Of a DNA stretch of 64,000 nucleotides, positions 24,370 through 37,105 are shown piece by piece. The stretch spans positions 7,098,522 through 7,162,521 of the forward strand of contig MU058781.1 in the NCBI GenBank assembly GCA_013265495.1, in the 5' to 3' direction. The stretch is from Vicugna vicugna. Lineage: Eukaryota. How positions within the stretch are numbered: the stretch's first letter is position 1; the number at the start of each line of letters is the position of its first letter. A program made the position numbers and the translations under genes. Below the pieces are notes generated by a model, which ran no database searches, was not told the DNA's origin, and saw only the letters and a program-made list of their open reading frames with translations.

Positions 24370-24980
24370 AAACATTTATTTTAAAATAATTTTTTTCTAT
24401 GAAAGGATTATATGATCACTATAGAAAACCTGGAACATAACAAAAATATGAGAAAGAAAATGATATCCAGAATTGCAACGTCCATAGACAACTCAGAGAG
24501 GAAGTGAAAATTAAGATCCAAATAACTGGAGAGATGTACCATGTTCGTAGGAAAATTAGACTCTCTCTCTCTGGTTTATTTTCTTCCTTTAGCATTTTGC
24601 TTAGGAGGGTATTCTAAATCATACGTCATAAATGCACATGTATTTCTACTGGGTCTCCTGAGTATATTTTTTACACTTAGCAGTTTAATCCATACAAAAT
24701 ATATATTGTTGTACATTGTGAGGTAATGATTTGTCTTCCTCCTAAAATAAACTTGCTATTTTAGCATCATTTATTAAATAATCCTTTCTCTTACCCCATG
24801 AGTAGTAATACCCCCTTTACCGTGAACTAAGTTCTTTTTGAATAGATGTGTATTAGATTCCATTTCTAGACTATTTGTTTCCACTATCAATTCTTATGTT
24901 TGTACTGCATTACATTGTTGTAGTGTCATCATATGTTTTATTATCTGGTAGTGAAAGTTCACTTAATTACTGTGAGAATC
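24370..24980 (-). mobile_element. L1ME-like fragments
   Basis: agcatcatttattaaataatcctttc...ttccatttctagactattt resembles antisense old L1 ORF2; very diverged. Confidence 0.5.
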
Positions 24981-26262
24981 ACCAAATTTGTTTTAGTAGC
25001 TGCTGAAGTTCTGGCTGACTCATGGGATTGTATGGTTTTGTGACGTCGTCTCAAGATATTAATGTTAAATGTTTTACTAGTTTCAAAACGAACTTTTTTC
25101 ATCTGACTATAATGTCTCACAAGTTTGTTGTAAAAATTTGGATGATTCAGGCAAGCGCAAAGAAGAAAATAAAAAACCCCAATTCTATCACCAGAGAGAG
25201 CTATTTACGATATTTTGAATCACAGCTCTTTGGCTATTAAAACAACCGCATTTAGGTGACTCATTCCTGCTCGTTTTGCAACATCTCACTCTGTTCAAGC
25301 TCTCCTCCTTTACCGTCCACCCCCCACCCCCCACCTTCTCCCAGCTGCAGGTCTAGACTCCTGGTTCTCACTCACCTTCCTCTCCTCCTTCCTCACACTC
25401 ATGCTCTGCTGAGAACCCGCTACTTAAGGGCTTTTTCTGAATAGTGCAGGCCCTTCTCTTGGCTCTAGAGTAGGTAGATAATACCCTTTACTTTTTTTTT
25501 TTTTTGTGGAGGAAGTGGCTTTTTAAAAAAACCAAATATTGAATTCTCTCTAAGGTGACTTCCAGCTCCCTTGCAGTCTTCCTACTGGATGGGCTAGGGT
25601 AGGAGGAGTGTTGAGCGTTGAGGTGGGAGGGTCAGTTCTGCTTCTCCTGAACTGGTCGCTTGCAGGAGGCTCTTCGTGGACGTGGCTGGCTGCAATGCCT
25701 AGCGGGCTCTCGAGCTTGGAGTGTCTCTGCCTAGAGACTTGTTCTCAGCCGGGGGCCTGGCCTTCCCCAGGCCAGCACCTACCACCACTGGAAATTGGAG
25801 CTGATGAAAAAGACTAGAAAAAATACAGTAAAAACTAGGGACAGGTGAGTACACAAAATTTTGTGAACCATTAGCTCTTTGAAATTATTGGAGATAATTC
25901 ACAAAATTGGCTCTGAGTTTTCTTGACACAGTAGGAAAATACCATCACTCACAGAAATTTTAGTCGTGTATCTTTAAGGGAAAAAAAAAAAAGAGCGATT
26001 GCTTAGGAGAAATAAAACCTCCCCTGGTACTGAGAAACTCCTCCTTGGCCCTTATAGAGAGAACCCTGTGTTCTGCAGTGAACAGTGTCCTCAACGATAT
26101 CCTCCAAGTTAATGTGTAACTTTTTACCTTCCATAACCTGAGCCAGCAGCGTAAATGTAAGATGCAGTTTGGTGAAAGCAGTTCTGTGGGGAAGGGAGCC
26201 AAACAACTGTCCAGACTAGGTAAACTGTATTTTCACAAAATAGACTGATGTAAGCACAAATC

Positions 26263-26720
26263 TTTAAAAAAAACAGCTTTACCGAAGTATAATTGACAGA
26301 TAGGAGTTGTATATATTTGAGGTGAACAACTTGATGTTTTGGTATACATATATTGTGGACTGATCACCGTAATCAAGCTAATTAACCATCCATCACCTCA
26401 CATAGTTACCATTTTCTTCTTCATCTTTTTTTTCCTTTTTTTTTTTTTGGTGGTTATGTATGGTCAGAGTACTTAAAATCTATTGTCTTAGCAAATTTCA
26501 AGTATATAATATGGTATCATTAACTTTAGTCACCACGCTGTATATTAGATTTCCAGCTTAGATCTCCAGAACTTACTCTTCTTGCATAACTGAAAATTTG
26601 TGCCCTTTGACCAACATCTCCCCATCCCCTCTCCCCTGCCCTCAACTCCTGGCAAACACCATTCTACTCTCTGCTTCTATGAGTTTGGCTCTTTCAGATT
26701 TTACGAAGAAGTGAGATCAG
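26263..26720 (-). mobile_element. L1MA9/10-like 3' end
   Basis: cagctttaccgaagtataattgaca...atcaagctaattaa...catagttacc...ctttgaccaacatctcccca...ccattctactctctgcttctatgagtt. Confidence 0.85.
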
Positions 26721-29039
26721 TGATCCGAGAATAAATCTCATATCTAGAGGGAAATAGAGACTGCCTGAGAGTCCGATATAAATATTGACTCTCTTAACTA
26801 GGTTTTGATAAAATTAGATGTCAGTGACTTCAAGATTATTCTTTCAGGAATGGCTGAAGAACAGGTAAGCCATGTCGCTGGCTAAGTGCAGACCCATGTG
26901 CTTAACAGCTAAGCTGGGAGTAGGTCTGACTGTGGAAATTGAGGAGCCTAATAGGATACATGCCATGTGGAACACTCCCCAATTTCCATTTGTAATTGGG
27001 TGGGGCCCAGACAAGGTCAGGAGCTGATAGCCACATGCACTGCCTGTAGATTAAATATTAAATATTATGTATGTGTGCTGTTAGTTTTCATTCATTCAAT
27101 AATACTTATTGAGTATCATCTATGCATTTGGCAACATTCTCTTAAAGTGTGTCAAATATTTGTTTTTAAATAAATGGACATTCAGAGCAGAATTCTTACT
27201 CATGGGGGATCTACAAAGTTGTATTTTAATGTTTAGGAAGTTCTCACACTTCAAAAATTTGGGAACCATTGCCAAAGGCCATACTGCTATAATTTTAGCC
27301 TGCAAAACCTTAGATTTTGCAAAGCATTTGCTTTGACCATTAAAAAACTTAGTAAAATTCCCATGTGTCAAGCACTTTTATGCTAATGTTTTACTCTGTT
27401 AACAAGGGCACTTAAGTTTGAAAATGGGTAGGGAAATCTTCTGGGATTTGTGCTACAGACTGCCAACTAGCTCTTCTGCTTTCTGCCATTGACTTCTTGG
27501 CTTCTCTTTATCTCTTTTCTTGGAAGGAAAAAGAAAGGATTTCTTGGTTTGCAGGTGTGACAACAGATGCCCTTAACTTCGCCTCAGCAGTGAATCTACG
27601 GGATTTTGCTATGATACTACTGGGTTACTCAAGGAACTCCAGTCAGTATTTCTCAGCACCGGAGAAGAGTTATATCAAAGTTGGTGGATACCATCAATTT
27701 TTCTGTTTTTTAAAAAATGGTATTTTGCAAACTTAAAGCATTTCTTTGGTCTCTGTACGTGAGGAGAAAGCATGGCTAGTAGTGCTATTGTCGCCTGAAG
27801 ATGTCCCTGACTTTTAGAGCCTCCTCCTTCTCTCTCACCGTCCTCATCCCTTTCCTCTCGTCCTTCTCTTTCTCTCTTTCTCCTCCTTCCTGCTACTTTC
27901 ACAAAACCTGCAGCCAAGGTCCAGTGGTTACTATTTTGGTAGATTTCCTGTGCTTCCCAAGGGCTACAGGATTACTTTTGAACTGCAGTTACATAAGTCC
28001 TGCTATTTTTAGCCTCCTAAATAGTTCTGTAATCCATCCACCTTCCTCTTGTCCACAGTCATCAACCCAGGCCAAGCCACCCTTGTCTCTGGTCTAGAGA
28101 AGTTCACCTTTCATGGAAGAATGTTTGAATGAGAACAAGTTAGTGTTTTTGCCCTACTGCCAAAATGACTCCTAAGCAGAAGAGTGACAAACATCCAGTA
28201 CAATAAATTAATTGCCTTTCACAACATTCCTCTGAGTTTTACCATTTCTTAGGTAAGGTGTAGGTATCCCAAACCTTCTTAATCCTTGGGTGATGTTTCT
28301 GTTGTAAAGATACGCTGAAAAAAAAATAATTTAGGATTTCTAGTAAGATTCAAAATGGTCACACACAAAAAAAGGTCATACAAAAGGGGAAGTCTTCTAC
28401 TTGAAGAAATATGAGAGCTAATGAAACTTATAATTTATGTAGTTATTCATATAGGAAAGTGCCTTGTGTGCAAGCTGTCAATTTATTGACACTCAGTAGG
28501 AAAGCCTTGTTTGTGTGCCTGAGTGATGTATACATAAAGAGAGAATTTGGACATGCCACAGTAACTGCTGTGATAGAAACATGAACATTTTGCTTGATCT
28601 GTAACTGATCAACCCCCCCAAATCTCAGTCCCCTATTTTTACCCACTCTTCTATGCTTCTTATAAAAATAACATTTAAAAATATCAACAGGGATATTGAA
28701 ATTGATAAGTATTCATGCTTTATGTTCTATAGTATATTGTGTATCCTGCGTACACAGTCAATTTTTTTTTTTACCTCCCTGACACAAGCTCCCACGTTTT
28801 TGGGTCATGATTCTAGCTTCCTCCCTTTTTCAGTGATGCTAAGCCAGAGATCCTTGACAACTCAAGTTATTTGAAAATGTTACATTTGGTAGATATACTG
28901 GTTAGCTGTGAACTGCTGTCTCCTGAGGCATCTCGAAAGATGAGGCCTGTCTTTCATTTTGGACTGTTGATGTCCCTGCTTCAACCACAGCCAATGGTCC
29001 ATTTGGAAGGTGGCTGTTGTCTTTTATACTTTGTAAGGG

Positions 29040-29420
29040 AGCTTAGCTAATCAGCCCTTATTAATTAGTCACTAATCTGTACTGTGTAGCAACAACTGTT
29101 TTCACTAAGTGGTGGCAGTGTTAATTGATGGAGGATAACGAGCCCCTCCCTAATTACAAAGAAACACTGCTCCTTCCCTCTGTAGACGATCCCTTATAGG
29201 TGAAGGGCCACTGAGGGACAGCTGGGACAGGCACAGGGTGGCAGGGTCTAATTTGTTTTCAACCAGCTTTTAAGGAGTTGCTTAATTAATATGAGATCAG
29301 CACACTGGAAGGCTTGAACAGGTGCAAACACACACTTTTAACCAGCTGTGTAATTGACCGCAGTGGAACAAGCCAGGGCTGAGGATACAGACCTCACTAA
29401 TCACCTGCTCACCTCCTACC
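29040..29420. promoter_or_regulatory. Candidate homeodomain-site-rich enhancer
   Basis: Repeated TAATC/TAATT cores (ctaatca twice, ctaatct, ttaattag, ttaattga, ctaattac, ttaattaat, gtaattga) in unique sequence. Confidence 0.35.
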
Positions 29421-29719
29421 TGTGGCTGTAAAAAAAGCCTGTTGTTTTTAGTGCAGGATTCTCTGAATCTGTCTGAAAGGCCATATTGTGTTGGGAGGAG
29501 TTTACATTATAAGTCTTCGAGCAAAAACTTGTAAATTGGTTCATCTCTGCTCATTACTCACCATAACAAATGTTGCTGGTCTTTTTTCTTGTTTATTTTT
29601 GTAGCCTTCCTGAAAACCAGGGGTTCATGTGCATATTGTACATGGTTGTGGGTAAATAGGTCTCCAGGTTCAAATTGCAGAGCCAAAGAGTTCTAGAGTT
29701 CTAGGAGTCTTGAGGAGCA

Positions 29720-29933
29720 GCTGACTAGTCAGCAGTACGGAGCCAGTCCAGCCAGTGACCTGCTTTTGTAAATAAAGTTTTACTGGAACACAGCCATGCT
29801 CATCTGTGCACGTATTGTCCCTGATGCTTTAGTGCTACAACAGCAGAGTTTAGTTGTGTCAGAGGTCATATGATGCACAAAGCTGCAATTATTTACTAAC
29901 TGGCCCTTTACAGAAAAAGTTTGCTGATCTTTG
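29720..29933 (-). mobile_element. MER58A-like hAT MITE
   Basis: ttttgtaaataaagttttactggaacacagccatgctcat...tatttactaactggccctttacagaaaaagtttgctga; opposite orientation to the 5724 copy. Confidence 0.85.
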
Positions 29934-30759
29934 AGATCAATAGTTCAGTCCATATTATGTTTTCCAGCTTTTGTTGTAAAGTTCAAGTTGTCTTTAAAAA
30001 AAAAGTGTTACATGTCAGGTGGGGCTGGGCAGCATTCACTTTCTTTACCAAAGATTTTCTGAGATTTTTGATATGTCGATGCGCATGGTGTACATTGCAA
30101 ATGCCTAAGAAGAAGATAAAATATACAGAAATTTTACAGTATCACTGCATCTCCATGAACACGTCCAGGAAGAAACTCACTATCTCACAGGGCAGCGAAT
30201 AACATTTTAAGATAATTTGATTCTACAGTGTGGGAAGCCCTCTCCACTAAGTAGTTTCTTCTTATCTTTCTTCTATTTTTCACTTATGGTTTGTTCTCCA
30301 GATCCTTCATCAAGCCGGTCATTCTTTGGATCCACAGTAGTTTGTCAACATTCGTTTTAAGCATTGGTTCTAAATATTTAGAGAATCTGAAAGAAGTTTT
30401 AGATTCTTCCTTAGAAAACATATACACTCCAAAATAACACATAACAGACAATTTTATGGGGTTCATAGATTCTTTGAAGCAAATCTATGTTGATTGATTC
30501 TTGCTGAAGAACCTCTGTCTCTGTCTGAATTACGTCAGCCAAAATGGAATCCAGTATTCCCTCCAGACAGGTAACCGTGCAAGTAGAACAAGATATATTA
30601 AATACAGCATACTTAAAAAATTTAGCCTCAGAACTTTTATCTCATGTAGATTTTGTCAGAAACTAAAATCCCCAAATCTTTTTACGTATAGTACTATTTC
30701 ACCATGTATCTCCTATACTGTACCTTTGCAAATGAAAATTTTAATCTGAAAGCAGGACT

Positions 30760-31190
30760 TCATGGTTATTTTTATTCATTTAGGTTCAGTCCATTGTTTT
30801 GTTCTCTCATGATCTTACTGTATCTTAATTCCACCATCTGACGTTCTAGTCACCCTTCTCAGATTTACCATCTGCAAATTGGATATGAATGTAATTTCTT
30901 ATTTGCCCAAGTCATTGACGAAACTGCTGAATCAGACAAGACTTTGTAGGGCTGTACCATGGCTTTGAAGACAGTTACCAAGTTTGATGTCTTTCCATTA
31001 ATCAGCTGCTTTGATCATTATATCCAATTCACAACTATTAGCTATATTATAACATTATTATCTTTTATTAAATGCTCTTCAGAAATAAACACATCTTGAG
31101 ACCACTGCATCCCCATTATTTGCAATATGATAACTTTGCTTAAAGCAAAACAAATGAAAAAAGAATGTGAAGTCAGTGGAGCATGGAAAT
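30760..31190 (-). mobile_element. CR1/L3 LINE reverse transcriptase remnant
   Basis: ccatctgcaaatt...ccaagtcattgacgaaactgctgaa; minus strand encodes FADG, a decayed FADD RT motif. Confidence 0.65.
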
Positions 31191-31322
31191 TCTACTGACT
31201 TTTATTTATTAGTTCTCTTTCAAAAGTTCACTTATTCAACAGATACTAATTGAAAGAAGCCAGCGTGGCTGAAGTGCCTACCATAATGTCTACAACAAGG
31301 CCAGTTGCACGATAGATACTGA

Positions 31323-31417
31323 TTTCCTTTCTTTTCTGTTTCCTCCCTCCTTTCCTCTCTTTCCTTCCCCCCTCCATCCCTCTCTTCTTCTCCCTTTCTC
31401 TCTCTCTCTTTCTTTCA
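31323..31417. repeat. CT-rich polypyrimidine tract
   Basis: Nearly pure C/T run visible. Confidence 0.85.
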
Positions 31418-31802
31418 CAGTTGTAGACATGATGTGGTATGCAGAGAATTCAAAGATAAATAAGAATAATTTCTATTTTCATGAAGTAAGTGGTCTAGTG
31501 GAGGAGATGAATACTCAAAATATATGTAAATTCCTCACAAATTATAACTTCTTATGTGAAAGCTGATTTTTAAAATTTGCTTCTGAATAATTTTTATTTT
31601 CTAACACGGGATCTAGGCTTACATCTATTTCCTTCTCTCAGTCTCTGTCAGAGCACCTAACTTCAGTGCATCAAACATTTGTTCAGTTGTACACATCTCC
31701 CTCACGACAGTGCAAGCTTCGCAAGAGAACCTTTACATTTGTTGTTCACATGTCCCCAATGTCCAGAATAATAGCATGAAATATCCTAGATGCTCAGTAC
31801 AT

Positions 31803-31990
31803 ACTGTATTCTATGGAATCTAGGAAGCCATCCATTGTAAGCAATACCATTGTTTTATGTACACTAAGATAGAAAAGCACTACCAATTAATTTATGATAC
31901 CTGCTGAGATAGTGATGAAAAGATGCATCCTTGTTTCAGAGTTGTTAGAGTGTAAAATAATATGCACCTTAAATTCAGTGAATAAGAGTA
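31803..31990. mobile_element. MER104/Kanga-like TcMar-Tc2 MITE
   Basis: TA-flanked degenerate TIRs tactgtattctatggaatctagg / ccttaaattcagtgaataagagta. Confidence 0.55.
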
Positions 31991-34225
31991 ATTGTCAGAT
32001 GGATGGGAGGGTTGATGATCTTACGATAATTATTTTCAAGGTTTAGCTAACATGTTGTTTCAAGTCAAAATCAAATAACAGACATTTATTGAGTAACTGC
32101 CATGTGCAATATTCTGGTTAAGTTCTTGCTTCAAGTCATCCCTGACCATGCCACCTTGGGGAACTCCCCCTCTGCATCCCTCAAGCTGTAGGAACTCAGA
32201 GAGTCTGACAACACAATTTAGGACTTAATTATATACTGCCTTTTATTGATCGCCATTGTTTCTAATGAAGTAGCAGTCTTGTCTCCACAGACCAAATTAT
32301 AAGCCCCTTGAACACAGGAATTTTTTTAAAGTTATACATTCTTCACAGTGCTTCCCCTTTCTGTTACCCAGAAAGGAGAATGTAGTAATTTAAAGACTTG
32401 CAGGATTGAATATTAAGTATCGAGAACACCTAAGAATACTTTTAGACAGATGGATAAGAGACTAGTAGAGATGAACAGACTGAAGGAATGTGTGAGAAGG
32501 TATAATGTAATGAAAAGAGTGTTTATGACACGTGGTTCCAGAGGATGCTGGTGAGGCTGATTCAGTAGCACAGGAGCAGGGCGCAGGCTGATTAAGGAGC
32601 AAGGAGATGCTGCAGATGAAGGGTAAACGGGCAGGAATAAGAAAGCCTCTCATCATCTATTTCTCTAGGAAAATCCAAAAGAAGAAATAAGGAAAGAAGG
32701 GGACTAAATGGGAAGCAGTAGAGAAAATAAGTCTCTTGTAACCTCATCAGCTTCACTCTCCCCTGAGTTTTCTTCACCACCTTCTCAACCCGCCAGAGTT
32801 AAAACCCAAATGCAGCCCGTTCCCTCTTCTCTGCAGTCAACACCTACCTCCTTTTCTCCACCTTGTCTTATTACTTTCTTTGGTAATCCAAGGCTTTATG
32901 GGTATGTCTTTCTTAGTAAGGCGGCTCTCTTCCTAGATTTAGACAGACTCTTGGAATTATGGGGAGAAGGAAGTGGTAACACAGTGGGATATGGGGAAGA
33001 TGAAGAAGCCTGTAATTAATAATCACTTTTTTTTGCATCTGCTACGATTTTTACACAAGATCGTTTATTTAATCACAGTCACCTTCCTTATAGATTTTAG
33101 GTATCTGTCCCAGGTCTCAAAGGCATTAACTAGTAAAGCTGTTGTACAAACACTGGTCTGTCTCCAGAACCCAGAGCTCATGCTGGCTTTATACAACATC
33201 ACATTGCTATTCGACAGAGTGTCTTGACTCCTTCTGATGATGAAAGATCTATTTTCTCATGTATTCTTATATTTAATACCTCAGTATTTTTCATCCCTTA
33301 AAGAGATTTTTGCCAAGATTTGGTATGGTTTAAATATGTTTTGTTACACAAGTTACACAGTTCATAGTGAAAACACCTGGAAAGTACTAGTTAGCCAAAT
33401 GAAGAAAACAAAAGATAATCCACGATCCTGTGCGCCGTGATTTTTATAATCACTAAGATGTAAAACAATCCCCCCTCTTAATTACAAGTAAGAATTTTGA
33501 GTAAGAATGTAAGCTTAAGTGCTCACTCAGAGACAGATACTTGGACATGGATTAATAGATCAATGGCTTAAAGTTTCCTCCCTTGACCAAAGTATTAGTT
33601 TTAGTCCTTCTTGTTGTGGGGTCTGTGTTTTGTTTTATTTTCTTTCCTAATGAGCAACTGGACCAAAGGATCAGGTTTAATTACAACTAGAGTCCCTTTC
33701 TGTGTGTACATCGCTGCAGACCTAATTGTAGGCTGGCATCCCTGCTGCGGCCTGAGCGGTCATTAGCTTGCTGATAATGGACTGTTCTTGTCAACAAGGC
33801 CTCATTAACCATTGTTTTTTCAGCAAAATAGTTTTAAGGGTTTGAACTTGTGATTGAGGACGCATTGGGCTCATAGTGCTAAGGGAAACTTTACTTGTTA
33901 CATGGCTAGAACCCAGGACTTCAGGATCCAATAAGCGATGCTGTCCAGGGAGGACCTGGCTCTGCTCCGCAGTACCCGGCGTGTGATGTAACGGGAGGAA
34001 CGCTGACCTGAAAGTGAGCAGGCCAGCATTTTAGTCTAAGCCCTGCAGCTGCCCTTGGGTTGATCATTTCACTTTCTGTCCCTCAGTTTCTGCATCTGAA
34101 AATGAGAAGGTTCTACTCAATGATTAGTGAGTCATTTTTTTGTCAGTAAAAATAATTTTGCATGGTGCTTTTTGCAGTTTTCTTTCTTCTTTTTTTTTGT
34201 ATCCATGATTTTATCTTCTTAGGTT

Positions 34226-34244
34226 ACACACTAGAGGGCAGTGG
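34226..34244 (+). promoter_or_regulatory. CTCF core motif
   Basis: acacactagagggcagtgg, one mismatch to CCACTAGAGGGCAG. Confidence 0.5.
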
Positions 34245-34439
34245 TACATTAATATTATGAACTGTGAATGTAAACTTGGTGCTGCACTCAGCCGAAATTC
34301 ATAGACGTTTGGTTTAGTAGGGAATTTATATACTTATGCACTCATATAAAATATAGGAAGCTGTTTTGTGGTTTCCGCAATTGATATTCATCTTGCTCCT
34401 TTTAAATATTTGCTAGATTTGGGAATCTTGCTGCTTCAC

Positions 34440-35280
34440 AATTCAGCTTTTCCTCTTGTTAGTTCTAGTTATTAGAAAGTTATTTCTTCAATTACCTATA
34501 GCTTCCACCCACTAGCCCAATGGCACCACAGAAAACTCTGTTGCTTATTTCTCATAATGGTGCTCCAACTATTTTCCTAGAATTGTGCTGTTGTATAGCT
34601 GCAATTACCATCTTTTGGTACCTGAATACTCTAAATTGATGCTCTACCATGTGTCAGGCACTGTACCAGGCCTCTTAGTTAACATTATTTTATTTGATCC
34701 TTACAATAAACTCTGAGGGAGATTTCATATTTATTTACTTTTATTTTATAGAGGCTCAGACCAAAATCATATAACCAATAAGAGGTAAAAGTGGGACTTG
34801 AACCTGGGTCTATCTGATTAAAGTTCCTGCCCCTGGCTACCACACGTCATCTCCTTTAACAGATGTGATGATCAGGAGCTAGAGACAGTAAACAGCAAAA
34901 CAGGAAAAGAGTGAGGACTAGACTCTAGATCTTTGGAGAACACATTCAGGTTTTCTTTACATTACAGTATAGTACATTCAAGACTGCTGTCATTTACTTC
35001 CTGGGTCCTCTTCTCTCTCTATAAATTGTTCCCATTTCCCTTCATTGTTTTTCTGATGGTTTCCTTTGCTGTTTTGTCGTCACCTGAGCAAACTCAATTT
35101 GATGCATCCTTTCTAAGTTATAAAACTCAGAATTCAAAACAATGCTCTGTCTAAACAGTACAGAAGGCACTGAGACTGCACTTCCTGTCATTTGGACTTA
35201 ATTTTCCATTTGCACTGTCTAAGATTGCATTAGTATTTTGTATGATGTTGGCTTATTTCAAGCATAAGTTCAACAATACC
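34440..35280 (-). mobile_element. CR1/L3 fragments interrupted by a MIR (about 34640-34840)
   Basis: ttattagaaagttatttctt...agcttccacccact and ctaagattgcattag resemble L3; atgtgtcaggcactgt...tttgatccttacaataa...gggacttgaacctgggtct is MIR. Confidence 0.5.
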
Positions 35281-35329
35281 CTTTGTTCCTTTTAATTTTA
35301 TTTTAATTTTTATGAAATGCAAGAACGAG

Positions 35330-35950
35330 ACAAAATGACCCCATCACATTCTTATGGATAGAAGAAACCTCCTGATCTGATGAGGAGTCCTTCTGAATTG
35401 ATCATAAGCTATAGTGAAATTTTGGTTTCTTAAGAAATTCAGAAGATGTGAATGTGAAGATACTCCAGTTTCTGGGATGATGACTAGATTCATGTTGTGT
35501 GTCAATGTCCATTTTGTTTTTGCTTTCTTGTGAAAAATGCATGCTTACTCCATGGGCTGGACATCTTTTCCCCCTGCCTGTTATCCTTTGCCAAAGCACA
35601 ACCTTGACATCTTTGTAAGAAAGGCTGAGATGGGCTGTTGATCAAGGGGCCCTGCATTTCTCGAGCTAAAAGATGGCATATGAAGCAGTGCTCTCAGTTC
35701 TAGGACTGGGGATCTTGATTTGAGTGGTGTAGGACAGAAAACATGGTGGCTGATTCATCCTAATGACAGGAGTCTGCCCATTAGATCCTGCTATCCCGAT
35801 CATATGGCCTTACTCTTCAAAACTTCCTTCAACCTGTGAGCTACTTCACATATCATTTCAATACTACATACGTATATGTACATATATGTATTATTTTTAA
35901 AGTCAGAATCAGTTTCTGATAATTGCAACCAAAACAGTCCTCAGTCATAC
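35330..35950 (+). mobile_element. Old ERVL/MaLR-type LTR
   Basis: 3' end tcagtttctgataattgcaaccaaaacagtcctcagtcataca typical of MLT1/ERVL LTRs; 5' boundary uncertain. Confidence 0.4.
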
Positions 35951-36133
35951 ACTGATCTTTGGAATAAATTTACCTTTTTAAAATAGCCTTATCAGAAGGT
36001 TTTACTGTTCCCTGACATAACAGAATAGCTAATCTAACCAAGAGCATTTGTTAATCTATTATCATGTTTATTGTAGAAACTATTTTCTGATACATTTTTG
36101 GTATTGTAGTTTTAAAATATATTTGCCACATCT

Positions 36134-36864
36134 GGGAAACAGTATGGAGATTCCTCAAAAGATCAAAACTCGACTTACCATATGACCCAGCAATCCCACT
36201 CCTGAGCATATATCCAGAAGGAACCCTAATTCAAAAAGACATCTGCACCCCAGTGTTCATAGCAGCAATATTTACAATAGCCAAGACATGGAAACAACCT
36301 AAATGTCCATTGACAGATGACTGGATAAAGAAATTGTGGTATATTTATACAATGGAGTACTATTCAGCCATATAAATGACAACATACCATTTGCAACAAC
36401 ATGGATGCCCCTGGAGAATGTCATTCTAAGTGAAGTAAGCCAGAAAGAGAAAAAAAATACCATATAATATCACTCATATGTGGAAAAAATACCATATCAC
36501 TCATATGTGGAATCTAAAAAAAAGAAGACAAATGAACTTAAATATAAAACAGAAACAGACTCACAGACATAGAATACAAACTTGTGGTTGCCAGCAGGAA
36601 GGGTGGGTGGGAAGGGAAAGACTGGGAGTTCAAGATTTGTAGATACTGACAGGTTTATATAGAATAGATAAACAAGTTTATACTGTATAGCATGGGGAAT
36701 ATATTCAAGATCTTATAGTAGCTCATGGTGAAAAAGAATATGAAAATGAATATATGTATATTCATGTATGACTGAAAAGTTGTGTTGTACACCAGAAATT
36801 GACACAACATTGTAAACTGACTATAACTCAATACAAAATAGAATAAAGATAGTGAACAGGAAAA
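36134..36864 (+). mobile_element. 5'-truncated lineage-specific L1 (ORF2 end plus 3' UTR)
   Basis: ccatatgacccagcaatcccactcctg...tttacaatagccaagacatggaaacaacc; 20-bp TSD with 2 mismatches aaaatatatttgccacatct (36114-36133) / aaaatttattggccacatct (36865-36884) after a tttt/aaaa site. Confidence 0.93.
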
Positions 36865-37074
36865 AAAATTTATTGGCCACATCTAATGCAATAGATGTAT
36901 TCTTCAAAAACTAGTCATAAATGAAATTTTATAAATTGACTTCACAAAGGACAGTTGCTAGTCAATAAAAATTAATGTTGATATATGATGTTGAATCTTT
37001 CAGAGTGCTAATCATTCATCTGTTTTATAAATCTAACATTTGATGAATTTAGTTTTTTCTAAGAGGGAAATATA

Positions 37075-37105
37075 TGTGTATGTGTGTGTGTGTGTGTGTG
37101 TGTGT
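37075..37105. repeat. (TG)n microsatellite
   Basis: Directly visible; abuts the tail of the adjacent L1. Confidence 0.95.

Noticed and set aside
27497..27736. Possible coding exon
   Set aside because: Weak donors, two competing open frames, nothing recognisable.
36601..36616. G-quadruplex motif gggtgggtgggaaggg
   Set aside because: Ordinary G-rich tract of the L1 3' UTR, not locus-specific.
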